A DNA stretch of 63,971 nt, the filler included, from Octopus bimaculoides (lineage: Eukaryota): NCBI RefSeq assembly GCF_001194135.2. It is 8 parts of 6 records of this genome, joined end to end, with 100 filler letters (N's around TTAATTAATTAA, not from the genome) between each part and the next. Parts side by side here need not be neighbours in the genome. Positions count along the whole stretch, not along the records: positions 6,286 to 24,902 come from NC_068997.1; 7 more parts are not named here. The stretch is one strand, 5' to 3'. The translations under genes were made by a program, and so were the position numbers. Positions 12,507 to 23,244 of the stretch are shown here, in pieces; position 1 is the first letter of the stretch, and each line of letters starts with the position of its first letter. The notes under the pieces were generated by a model, which saw only the letters and a program-made list of their open reading frames with translations, made no database searches and was not told the DNA's origin.

Positions 12507-12594
12507 ATGCAGTACAACTGTTTCAAGTGGCTCCATTTAATTGAACAATGCAATCATTACATCAGTTTAAATGCAGGGTTATCATCAGCTGCAC
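12507..12594 (-). ncRNA. Candidate type I minimal hammerhead ribozyme in the PLE 5' region
   Basis: Minus strand reads GTGCAG-CTGATGA-[stem II hairpin]-GAAA-C-AGTT-GTA-CTGCAT. It has a 6-bp stem I, an intact core and a 2-bp stem III with a near-palindromic CAGTTG. The base of stem II is weak, with no G10.1-C11.1 pair. Confidence 0.65.
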
Positions 12595-13429
12595 AAATAA
12601 ATAGAATTTTAATCAGTCGGATACATTCATATAATTTTACTCAAATACTTTAACGGAGCAAGAAGATGAGAAATCCATGTTGTCACAATTGTAGCTAAGA
12701 ATATACTACACTTCCAAGAAAGTCATGAAGCTTACTGGGGTCATAGCTTGTAAAGGATTGTGGTTCCTTTGTAATTTATTTTTCTTTTTATCAATTACTA
12801 AATCTAAGACTAGAGGACTGTGTCTGGAATGAAGGGCAAGAGTGAGTTGCCAGCTCATGGCTAGGTATGATCATAAATATTGCCAAGATATTAGGAGTAG
12901 TAAATTGGGTATAAAGTAACTGTCTATAAAGGAGGCTGGGTAGGGGAAGACCCTAAATCATGATGTTAATACAGAGGAAATTTTATCATGGGGTGCTATG
13001 AGTGATTGTTTATAAACAATATTGTTATATTATATAAAGATAAAATGTAAGATTGTCAAAAATGATATCATAACCAAAATAGGTAAAATGTGTATATATA
13101 TCAATTTTCAACATTAAATAGGAATGATTACATAGAATCAGTTTAATATTCATTCATATACTTAATTATTTACTTATGGTTATGTTGTATATATATATAT
13201 ATATACAACATAGCAATATTGTTTATAAACAATTACCCATAGTACCCATGATAGAATTTCCTCTGTATTAACATCATAGGTTTTATTTGTGTCTTGCCTC
13301 TTTAACTGGTAATTAACATCATGATTTAGGGTCTTCCCCTACCCAGTCTCCTGTAAAGACAGTTACTTTATACCCAATTTACTACTCCTAATATCTTGAC
13401 AATGTTTGTATTGGAGCTTCTGGCATGAA

Positions 13430-14222
13430 TGCCAAGCAGTATATGTCTTGCCAACAACTCACACATACAAGTGCTACCAGTCAAGAACTCTGCATACCAG
13501 AAGCCAGTGAGTGTAAGGAGTCAGGAGAGAATGCGCGCCGTTTCGGGGCCTGCCTCTCGACGGCATCAATGCGCACCGACCCCCCCACTCACTGATATGA
13601 GGCCCCGCTTGCTAGATCAACTGGTTATTAAAAACAAAGCTCAATATTTCACTAGCCATCGCTCATCGTCTCTTTTTAACCAAATCCAGTAGCTAACCTT
13701 CTCCACTGTATTTTGGATATCACTCATGGTGGTATTTACCTTATGATGAGTTAGGCCTAATGATAACAGCAGATGTCTCACACTGTGTCCTACAAATCCT
13801 CTACATCCAACTTCGATTGGAAAATGCTCTGCTTTCCAGCCTGCGTCTTCACATTTCTCGAGGAGGTTTACATAACGGTCAATCTTTCGAGCCTGCGCGG
13901 CGTCCATGTTATCTTCATGAGGAACCATTAACTCGACTAGATTTACAACTTTCCTTCTTTCACACCACATCAAAATGTCCGGTTTTTCCGTAACTGGGAT
14001 GGAAAAGAATGCCTGGCACCCAGGTAAATCTGCAGTCACTTCCCAATAGTCGTTCCACTTTTCATCTCTCACAGGAAGTTTCTTGTTTTTTTTCTTGAAA
14101 CAAATCCTCTGACCTGAGCGCACAAAGGTAATAAAATCTCTAGATGGTTCTTTCAACAGTTTTTTCTCAGTGTTGTTGAGATGAATTTGGCTTTTCATAG
14201 CAGTACAGCATGTTGTTTCCAA
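13430..14222 (-). mobile_element. 5'-truncated HERO/NeSL-like non-LTR retrotransposon (restriction-like endonuclease domain + 3' UTR)
   Basis: ORF 13641-14222 contains KPDILMW...VELMVPHEDN...ARKIDRYVNL...IEVGCRGF...WIWLKR, the PD..E.xK RLE signature. A GC-richer 3' UTR follows. Confidence 0.82.
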
Positions 14223-14829
14223 ATGTCTGGCAGGGTGAATTGCATCATGGTGCTGTTTTTCTCACAGACAGTGCCCAACTGATCCTATTATACTGTGTAG
14301 TCAAAAAAATCAAGAACAACAATGCACATGTGTGAAATTAAAAATATAAAATGGCGACAATTTACCCATTGCACCTGTACACTTTGGGACCATAAGGCTT
14401 AGAGTTTGTTCACACAGTGTGGACACTTGGCTAGTGTCTTCTATGCATTGAGTAGTGCCTTGTGAGTGAAATTTGGTTGATTGAAATTGGAAGACACTTA
14501 CATGTGAGTGTCTGGTATTATTTTTCCTTTCTTGACAAGTGTGCACTAGTTGTAAACAAAGTAAGCCAACACATAAAGAGTGTCATTATTTACGATCTTG
14601 CATGAAAGCATGTTTGGCTTTGAGCTGTCACATTGTAGAAAGGAATAGGAGAAATATTGCCTTACTTGGAAACAGACAAAGGTTGGCACTAGGAAGAGCA
14701 TCTTACTGTAGAAAATGGCTGCCTCAACATTCTTGTCTGACTCATGCATGCTTGGCAAGATAGGAATTAAAACTTTGATGATGATGATGTGTCATGTGTA
14801 CGTAGATAGATGGATGGATGAATGGATTG

Positions 14830-15030
14830 ATATTTTACTGCTAATAGTATAGCTACTCCATCCACTCCATTGCTATTACTAATCAGAATTTGTACTGTTG
14901 TTCCTTGCTTATAAGAAGTTTTGCTGAGGCTCTTTTATGATGTATGTTGTATTGCACACAACATACATCAACTCACCTCTGTTTAAGCATCACTTGATCT
15001 TTCTTTCAGTGTACTGATGTTGATGGTAAC
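14830..15030 (-). mobile_element. RTE LINE APE-endonuclease N-terminal fragment
   Basis: Minus-strand frames give TINISTLKERS, VDVCCVQ, KEQQYKF and SNGVDGVAILLAVK, homologous to 23245-23500. Confidence 0.65.
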
Positions 15031-15325
15031 AGCTCTAAAGGTTTAAACTGGGAAGGAAATGGGAATTTCCAGTGAATGAGTGAGTTGATTGGTATCTGAC
15101 TTCTTCATATGAAATTTGTAGTGATAGCTCGTTGACACTGGAAACTTGCACATATTTGATATTTCACCTACATAAAGCAATTGAGCTAATTGGCATGAGG
15201 GATAAGATTATCAAGCTTAAGTTAGTTATTGACATTGATTTCTGTGTACACACTACAACCAGGACTGGCTGCTCAGTAGAAGGTACACTTCTCTGAGGTC
15301 CTTTCACTTACTGACTCAATAACGA

Positions 15326-15660
15326 ATGGCAGGTGAATTCAGTGGGCATGTTGGATATCACCATCATGGTTTCCAAAGTGTGTGTAGAGGCTATGGGTAT
15401 AGTACTAGAAAAGAAGAGAGATCGAGTATTCAGGAGTTTGGCAATGCAAAAGACCTAACCATTTGCAACACTAACTTTAGGAAACCTGCCAGTTCTCTGA
15501 TCACTTACCAATCATGCAAATATGCAAACCAGATTCACTCCAACTTCATTTTCTTCAGAAAACAGAGTAAACAGATGACTTTGAATACTAAGTTTGTCCC
15601 TAGAGAAGAAGCATAGTGTTAGAGATTACTAATTTCAAAATGAGAGCTACACTTTTCCAG
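15326..15660 (+). mobile_element. RTE LINE APE-endonuclease fragment
   Basis: AGEFSGHVG...GYGYSTRKEE...LTICNTNFRKPASSLITYQS...NQI matches the GDFNGHVG...NT.F.K...ITY.SG...QID pattern. Confidence 0.8.
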
Positions 15661-15984
15661 AGACTCAAGACAATGTAGAGAAGAAAGGTATGGAAGGTTA
15701 CAGAGCCATCAAACAGGCAGAGAAGTATTCAGAAAGATTCAGAGAAGTATTACTTAGCATATGTGATGTGAAGGAAGTGAGAGAGAAAGAGAGATGTATA
15801 TATAAAAAGCTCTCTTGGTATCAACTGAGTTTTAGTTTGGTTTATTTGTTTTCTGGTTTATCTGTTAAGTATTTGTTTATTTTCTTGGTTGTTTATTTCG
15901 TATGTAGGGTGGGGCTGGGGGCTGTATGTGTCATAGATTGTGTGTAATTTTAAGTATGTAGTCCATTGTATTGTGTGTAAATGT

Positions 15985-16151
15985 ACTCTCTGAGTGGTTG
16001 GCGTTAGGAAGGGCATCCAGCTGTAGAAACTCTGCCAAATTAGATTGGAGCCTGGTGTTGCCATCCGGTTTCACCAGTCCTCAGTCAAATCGTCCAACCC
16101 ATGCTAGCATGGAAAGCGGACGTTAAACGATGATGATGATGATGATGATGA
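15985..16151 (+). mobile_element. RTE-type 3' tail repeat ending in (GAT)n; older, degenerate copies at ~14680-14790 and ~17265-17395
   Basis: GGTTGGCGTTAGGAAGGGCATCCAGCTGTAGAAAC...GCATGGAAAGCGGACGTTAAAC(GAT)n, nearly identical to the reverse complement of 24586-24748. Confidence 0.8.
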
Positions 16152-17812
16152 TACAGAGTTATGGGTGTGTATATAAGTGTCATTGTACCATAGTGCATTG
16201 TTCTTGATATGTATGTATGTGCTTGCCATTATAAATTGTAAATATGTTAGTCACTGCATGTCTATTAAGGCTTGACAATAATTTCATGTATGTCATCTTA
16301 TAGTTTGTTTTGACTTGATTGTAACCTAGATTATCTAGAATTTATTGTTAATGGGTTTTAAATGTATTCATAATCTGATAGCTCTAAACTGTGTTTTGTT
16401 ATGTCATCTTGATTTATATATTCATTTGATTAGATCTCCACTTGTACTTATTTTACTTATTTTTTATCTATTTTATTGTTTTATTATTGTTATTTTTTTA
16501 TACACAATATTTGATTCTTTGTATATTATATATTTTTTCCGTTTGGTTTTGATTTTTTTTTTATATAATTTCCAAATATATAAAAGCAACATTAAACATT
16601 TGTTATATTTCAGTTAACTTTTGCTGATGAAATAGTTTTATGATTACATGAATTATTGAAAGGAACATGCATATGAAGGCTTGTCTGTCACACACTGTTT
16701 ATATACCTATGCACTTCTGATCTCATTCCTTATACTGTGGATCTCTCTTGTACACACCCACACACTCTTCTGTGCTGTCACCTTACCTCTCTGACCCACT
16801 TCTATTTCCTCCACCTTTTTTCCCCCCTTTCGAACTGATATTTTTAATTGACCACAGCTGCATTCATGTTGACCATTTACTGCATTCATCTCTATTCCCA
16901 TTTCTATCCATCTGCCGCTGGCTACTCTTCTTTCATACTCTTGTGAACTTACATACGCAATCATCCTATCCAATTTTCTGTTCTGCTACTGTTATATTCA
17001 CCTTCCTGTAGCTTGAGGGTACACCCTGGCACCCTATCACTAATATCTTATCTCTTTTTTAAGTTGGCATACATATGTATCTTTTCTACAGCAAGACACC
17101 TGCTCCTGTCCTTCTATCATACATTAACCTCATTGCCTGGCATAAAGCCATCTTACTCAATACCGCACCTCTTCTTATTTGAATGATCTTTTTTTGTGAG
17201 TTATTTGATGACCTCACTAGTACCAATGCCAGGAAAAAAGAACTCAGTACACTCTGCAAAGTGGTTAACATTACGAAGGGCATCCAGCATTAGAAATCAT
17301 GCCATAACAAACACTGGAGCTTGATGCAGCTCTCTGATCCAGCAACTTCTGTTGATCCATTCAACCCATGCCAGTATGGAAAATAGATGTTAAATAAGAA
17401 GGAAAACTGATGTAAAAACGGCAAGTTTATTTGTATCCAGTGATGCAGACTAGGTTGCTTTTTTTATTGTTTTGGAAAAAGCTTATGTCTTTTAGAGAGT
17501 GGGATTGCCCTGTGCAAGGTCTTCCCTAACTTTAAAAAAAATATCAGGCACAAGAATCACTTGGTTTTTAACATCTGTATTATATGTTGCATTCCATGGC
17601 TGACTGTAGCCAAGAAAAGCAAGGCACTTAATGAAAAATTCCATGAAGGAATAAAGGCATGTGTCAGCATAAGTGGTAAGTTCTCTTAACACTTGCTGCA
17701 AGTGGCATCCATCAATGCCACATGTGCTTCTCCTTTTATAAAGAACAATCAAACAATGACTATTGCTCAAAATCATGATGTAGCCATCGTGTGTGTATGT
17801 ATGTATTTATGC

Positions 17813-17858
<46 letters not shown>

Positions 17859-18873
17859 ATATATATATATGTATATATATCAGAGTTTTCCTTCTTGTAG
17901 AGAGATGTCTAAAAGACTAAGAGTCTCTCACACCCAGCTGTTGGATGGCCATTGACCTTACTGCATTCATTCACTCTTTGACAGGTTTGATTTTCATCTT
18001 GTAGAGTGTCCTATAAAAACCATCCTCCTCAACTATGCAACAGGTTGCACTGGATTATATGTTACCAGTAGCACTAAGCATGACCTAACATTCCATGATA
18101 TAAAAGTTTCTCATTAGTTCTCCACAAATGTCCTCCATTTCCCTAACTGTTGGGGAGACATTTATATCTGCTAAGGAACTAATCTCTGCAACAGTACCTG
18201 ATTATTGCTCTCTGTCCCACAGAACCTGGTCTGTTGTGTTTATGCTGTATAGAGGTTTTTATTGAAATGTTCCACCAACATATTCTATTTTTAAAGGTAG
18301 ATTCTGGTTCTGGTATGTCTTTGGTGTGGCTATCAGGACAATCCTTTCTGCAGATATCTTACAGATGGTTTAGCAACAGTGTCATGTCTCATGGGAAGAT
18401 ATTATCATCACAGTGTGGTTTAGAAGCACCCTTATCTCTTCTGATCAGCATTTAATAGCTATCACCTGTTATTGGATACCAAAGGTGAGATGTGATGTAT
18501 CTATCATTAGTTCAAGAGGCTGTTATTTCTGTCAGTGTTGTTGATGTTCTCTTGCTTGTGGAATATGTACCCATACAGAACTTTCTGCAGGTATGATGAG
18601 TATTTCTTCTTCAAGTTTCTATTTCAGTAGGTACCTGTTCAGGAGTTCTTCACCTAATTTCATGATGTCATTATTTTCACTGTTGAGTTTACCTGTGATG
18701 TACTCATCTCTCATTTTACTCTTCAGTAGGTGTTAAGTGATACGATGAAGCATTCAAAGGCCAAATGGACTGATCTTTTCATCCACTTCCATCTCTTAAT
18801 CCAACATAAGTCTTGTTAGTGTCACTGTTGATTTAGAAGTTACAAGCAGTTGTTAATATCTTTCTAGTCTTAT

Positions 18874-19090
18874 AAGGCACTGAGTTGGTAAAACCATTAC
18901 CATGCTGGAAAAAATGCTTAGTGGCATTTCTCCCAACTTTACATTTTGTGTTCAAATGCCACCAGAGTCAACTTTACCTTTCACTCTTTCAGGGTCAATA
19001 AAATAAATACCAGTTGAGCACTGAAATTGATGTAATCAGCTTAACCCCTCCCCTAAAATTGCTAGCCTTGTGTCAAAATTTGAATCAATG
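18874..19090 (+). mobile_element. Family B SINE, CpG-decayed
   Basis: Aligns by eye to 39230-39400 with CG changed to TG or CA at most CpG sites. Confidence 0.8.
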
Positions 19091-19320
19091 TCTTTCTAGT
19101 CATGCTGTTCAAATTCTAGATCTTTTCAAGTGTCCAGTCTAGTATCCCAAGTATTGGTATTAACACAAGCACTGTCAAAGCATTGTAGGATATCATTTCA
19201 TTGAATGCAAACAGCTAACTTTCATACTTTCTAAAGTCCACTGAAATATTCTTTTGTCACTCTAACTTTACTCACAGCACCAATGTATGCAATATTTTAC
19301 TCAATTTCAAGGTATCTAAT

Positions 19321-19508
19321 AGTCATTTTGTAGATGTGTGCTAAAAACAAGAGTAGGAGAAGAAAATACCATCTTGACTGCGCTGCCATTCAACAATATA
19401 GAAATTAAATTCTTGTTTGATTCACTAAACTGTTGAATGGCAGCGCAGTCAAGATGGTATTTTCTTCTTCTCCTACTCTTGTTTTTTGCAGACATCTACC
19501 AAATGACT
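19321..19508. repeat. Long near-perfect inverted repeat (75/78-bp arms, 35-nt loop)
   Basis: 19321-19395 versus the reverse complement of 19431-19508 differ by 3 substitutions and one 3-nt indel. Confidence 0.95.
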
Positions 19509-20093
19509 TTCTAAAATGAAATTCCATTATGCAGCTGAGGAGTACATTTTCATTGCACATTTTTTTTAGTGTTCTCACTACATGAATAAATGAAGTTTGT
19601 ACGAAACGTACGTACTGCTACAACCTATTGAATTTTTGTTGCTTTTCTTCAAATTTTATTCACCAAATCTCTTGATTTTGTTTNNNNNNNNNNTATATAT
19701 ATAGTCAGGATGTTATTACATACATTCAAGTTATCCTCATTCTGTTGTAATAGTAAGATCTTTTATGTTAATCAAAGATACATATAGTCAATGCCATCTT
19801 AGATGGGTTACCTGAGGCATAAGTCACAAAGCCCACATTTTCATTTGTTCCTTTTATTTGGCTACAATTGTTCTGAGAGGTGGAAGGATTAGAGGTTGTC
19901 ATCAGGGAAGAATAGAGATTGACATTGAAGTGTGATACCATTACAAGCAATGGAGTGGCCAAAACTTGTTATTAGAACATAAGTTTTATGACATTTAAAG
20001 CAAAGCTTTTCTCAGAAGAATATTATCTTTGAAGAAGTTCTCTATCCAAATCATCAAAATTCAGCTGATTGTATGTTCTGAATTTTATTAAGT

Positions 20094-21232
20094 ACTAGCA
20101 GAGGCACCCGGCGTTGCTCGGGAATGAAATTGTTGCTTATATACTTGAAGAAAAAAAGGCAAAATATGCTGTATAGAAATTTGAGGACATTCTGTAGATG
20201 GACTCTCAGATGAATGATGGCTGGGCGCCTCTCATGAATGGGGAAAATTGAAGATGTGCCAAAAAGCCTCATTGGTACTTGGAAAGTTTTACGAAAATTA
20301 AAATGGGGATTAAATGAAAGAAATGATTAACGTGAATATTCTCACAAGAGAAATTGAAATAAATGGCGATTGTGGAACCCCCCACGCACGCACGCATACA
20401 CACATGTGTCTTTGTAAATATGTTTGTATACATTTATGTATGTGTGTGTTTGTAAGAGACAGAGTGTGAGTGAGTGAGAGAAGTTTGTTGTCATGTATAT
20501 GTACATGCATAAATATACATACATCTTTAGATGTATGCATATGACAACACAGCCCTTGACTCACTCACACTCTGTGTCTTACAAACACGCACGCGCGCGC
20601 ATACACACGTGTGTCTTTGTAAATATGTTTGTATACATTTATGCATGTGTATGTTTGTAAGAGACAGAGTGTGAGTGAGAGAGGTTTGTTGTCATGTATA
20701 CGTACATGCATAAATATACATACATCTTTGGATGTATGCATATGACAACACAGCCCTTGATTCACTCACACTCTGTCTCTTACAAACACGCACGCGCGTG
20801 CATACACACGTGTGTCTTTGTAAATATGTTTGTATACATTTATGTATGTGTGTGTTTGTAAGAGACAGAGTGTGAGTGAGTCAAGGGGTGTGTGTGAGAC
20901 AGAGTGAGAGAGCGGTGTGTATGTAGTATTTACTCTCTCTCTCTCTCTCTCTCATACACACGAACACACACACTCACACACAAAATAGAGAGTGAAGCTT
21001 TTTGCCGTTGTTACGTCAATACCGGAAGTTGACATTGAGGAACCTTTTTAAAGAAGTGAATCTTAAATATAAAGCAATATTATTTATTTTTAATTAAAAA
21101 AATCAAATGAAGAGCCTAAGATTTATCCAAGGTCAAATTATTCATGCATGACAAGTATGGAAGCATTTGGTGAAGTTGATTTCACGTGAAAAGCGATTAC
21201 ACACACATCTCTGTTTTATATATAGTATAGAT
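20094..21232 (+). mobile_element. Non-autonomous Helitron/Helentron-like element with an internal ~200-bp tandem repeat (2.5 units, ~20384-20890)
   Basis: 5' ACTAG...CCCGGCGTTGCTCGGG, 3' subterminal hairpin GTGAA...TTCAC and terminus TATATAGTATAGAT, no TSD, T-rich flanks. CpG-rich relative to the flanks. The family assignment is from recalled end motifs. Confidence 0.6.
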
Positions 21233-22009
21233 TAATTCTTTTCTAAACTGAAATAATAATTTCATCATCAGTAGAATAATAAGACTATATATTGTTTCCT
21301 GTGTTTAGTACATGAAATCTGTTCTCCATAGAATCCTCATCAGCTCTAATGCTTCCTTGGTCATATATACTTTCATTGGTTGTAAACAACTCATAGAACT
21401 CTATTTTTTTAGACAGTGGTGTAAGTTGGCAGTAAATATATGAAAATTATATTCTGCAAATAAAAATATTGTTTGCTGTAAAGGTATTCTTTTGTACTTT
21501 GATTTTAGGAAGATACTTGAGTGAGATTCGAATAATACTTTTAATGAAAATAAATCAATTCTGAAGTGATATCATGATGGGCTGGTAGAAATAGGGATGT
21601 CAGACAAAATACTTTTATGCTATTTAATTACATCATTATTTTATTCTCAATTCCTGCTTCAACTGGCAAAATAAGAACCAACCAAGTTCTGTGACTGATT
21701 TGACTGTGCTCATTTGCTATGAATTTGCATCATTGTAGTAAGTTTTGTATCGAAGTATCAAATACTTTTATCATTGTGTAACATTAATTGCAACAATCAT
21801 TGGCAAATTTTCAGGTTTTCACATGTACAAAAATTTCAAATTAAGTTATGTAAAATATTTTAAATACTAATAAATACTTATTTTTAAAATATGTTCTTTA
21901 TATCAGCTGCCTTTTAATTATAATGAATAAAATAAAATCATAATTTTCATTTTCTGTTTTTGAAATTCAAAAGTTTATAAAATGGAACTATCCTGTTTTC
22001 TTATTTCAG

Positions 22010-22342
22010 GGGAAATTTTCATCTGAAAAAAGAACAATGGTCTCAGAATTATCACTGAGTAAGCAGACTATAATCTATCAAATGTTCCGGGGTTTGTACC
22101 AGTCATCTTTAACATGCTTAAAATGTAGAAGACAAAGCAATACCTATGATCCTTATTTGTGTCTATCTCTTCCTTTACCTCAGATCTGTAACAGGGCAAT
22201 TTATATTATCATTGTGTATCTAGATCCAAATGTAACTTTAAAAAGAATTGGAATTCTAATGAAAAATACTGAAACTTTTGGAGATTTACGGAAATGTTTG
22301 TCACAGTTACCATCACAATATCCAGCCATTCCCAAATTGAAA
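22010..22342 (+). CDS. USP31: Internal coding exon of a ubiquitin carboxyl-terminal hydrolase, USP31/USP43 family (partial gene)
   Basis: Acceptor TTTTCTTATTTCAG|G at 22009/22010 and donor AAA|GTAAGT at 22342/22343. The 333-nt phase 0-0 exon encodes GKFSSEKRTMV...QMFRGLYQSSLTCLKCRRQSNTYDPYLCLSLPLPQ...AIYIIIVY...RIGI. This matches the USP31/43 motif FQAQYRSSLTCPHCQKQSNTFDPFLCISLPIP...LYVTVVY...RIGV as I recall it. USP31 versus USP43 cannot be resolved. Confidence 0.88.
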
Positions 22343-23244
22343 GTAAGTACTATTGTTTCCTTTTATCAACTGTTTTACACCTTTGCAATTTTGGTGACTG
22401 TTGATATGTTCCACATCTTTTTATTCTTCATGATGTGTAGGTTTAGACATATTGCTTTGTGCATAATAATCTCAACCATGAAATGGAATAGATTATATGA
22501 TTATAAAATAGTGAAAATATTTAAACTTGGTCATTTTACATTGATAAGATGCATAAGAAGGACCCTAAAGTTAAGTTCTAATATTCTTTTCTTTATATTT
22601 CATTTTCATAGCTTTACTCTGACCCTCAGCATTAGCTAACAATGGTAGTTTGTGTTGCTTAGTCATTGTATATTGTGTGAAATAGTTTTTTTGTTTACTG
22701 TTTTATGGTGCTCACCATTTTACTGAAATAGTCTAAGAGTTTTCATTTAACAGTGATTGTTTTCAAAACATGTATCATTAGAACAATTAGAAGGTAAGTT
22801 GTCATTTTGTCCCCATATCCCTCCTATCCATCCCTCACCACATCCTCAATGATGGCTGTACTTCTTTATATGATTTTGTGCACATGTGTATATATGTTGA
22901 ATATATGTGTGAGATGGATATATATATGTATATGTGTACATGTCTATGTAGGAAGCACGTATGAATGTGTGTTTGTGTGTGTCTGTATGTTTATATATAT
23001 ATAGATGGCTATGGTGGTATAGGTGTGTATAGTCATGTGTGTTTATATGCCTGCATATATGTCATACACATGCTCACCATTGATATGCTTGGCAGGATTG
23101 AGGGAAATATGTAAGTTATTGAGAAATAAATAGCAGCTTTTCATAAGTTATGTTGAAAGACTCAACATCTGGTAACAGGTGCTTGCAAACATCTTTTCAG
23201 AAATTTAAACCACTATCTCAAACACTCCATCACACTTCCTAAGT

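Larger units (their letters stand above)
7978..13403 (-). mobile_element. Near-complete Penelope-like retroelement (PLE) with pseudo-LTRs, inactivated
   Basis: RT plus GIY-YIG pseudo-ORF on the minus strand, flanked by direct repeats 7978-8292 and 12905-13177, with an inverted copy at 13215-13403. Confidence 0.88.

Noticed and set aside
13531-13576. Hammerhead-like TGCGCA-TTGATGC...CCCCGAAAC-GGCGCGCA in the HERO-like 3' UTR
   Set aside because: Two core mismatches and no NUH triplet. It cannot form a hammerhead as written.
17492-19000. Possible very old minus-strand LINE (GIDG...ELT...VILVP resembles an RT N-terminal region)
   Set aside because: Too degenerate to assign by eye. A profile HMM search would decide.
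19768-19967. Ser/Thr-rich minus-strand ORF with a CAG|GTAACC donor-like site
   Set aside because: No recognisable domain, weak acceptor, and antisense to USP. Needs RNA evidence.
20384-20890. Regular repeats as a possible CRISPR-like array (also 24817-24902)
   Set aside because: Eukaryotic context, no unique spacers and no cas genes. These are plain tandem repeats.
21278-21349. CTGATGAG...GAAAC...GTC on the minus strand
   Set aside because: The core words are present but stems I, II and III do not pair and there is no PLE context, so it is probably chance.
22343-22639. Continuation of ORF 22037-22639 past the exon
   Set aside because: USP similarity stops at a canonical GTAAGT donor. The remainder is hydrophobic AT-rich intron read-through.
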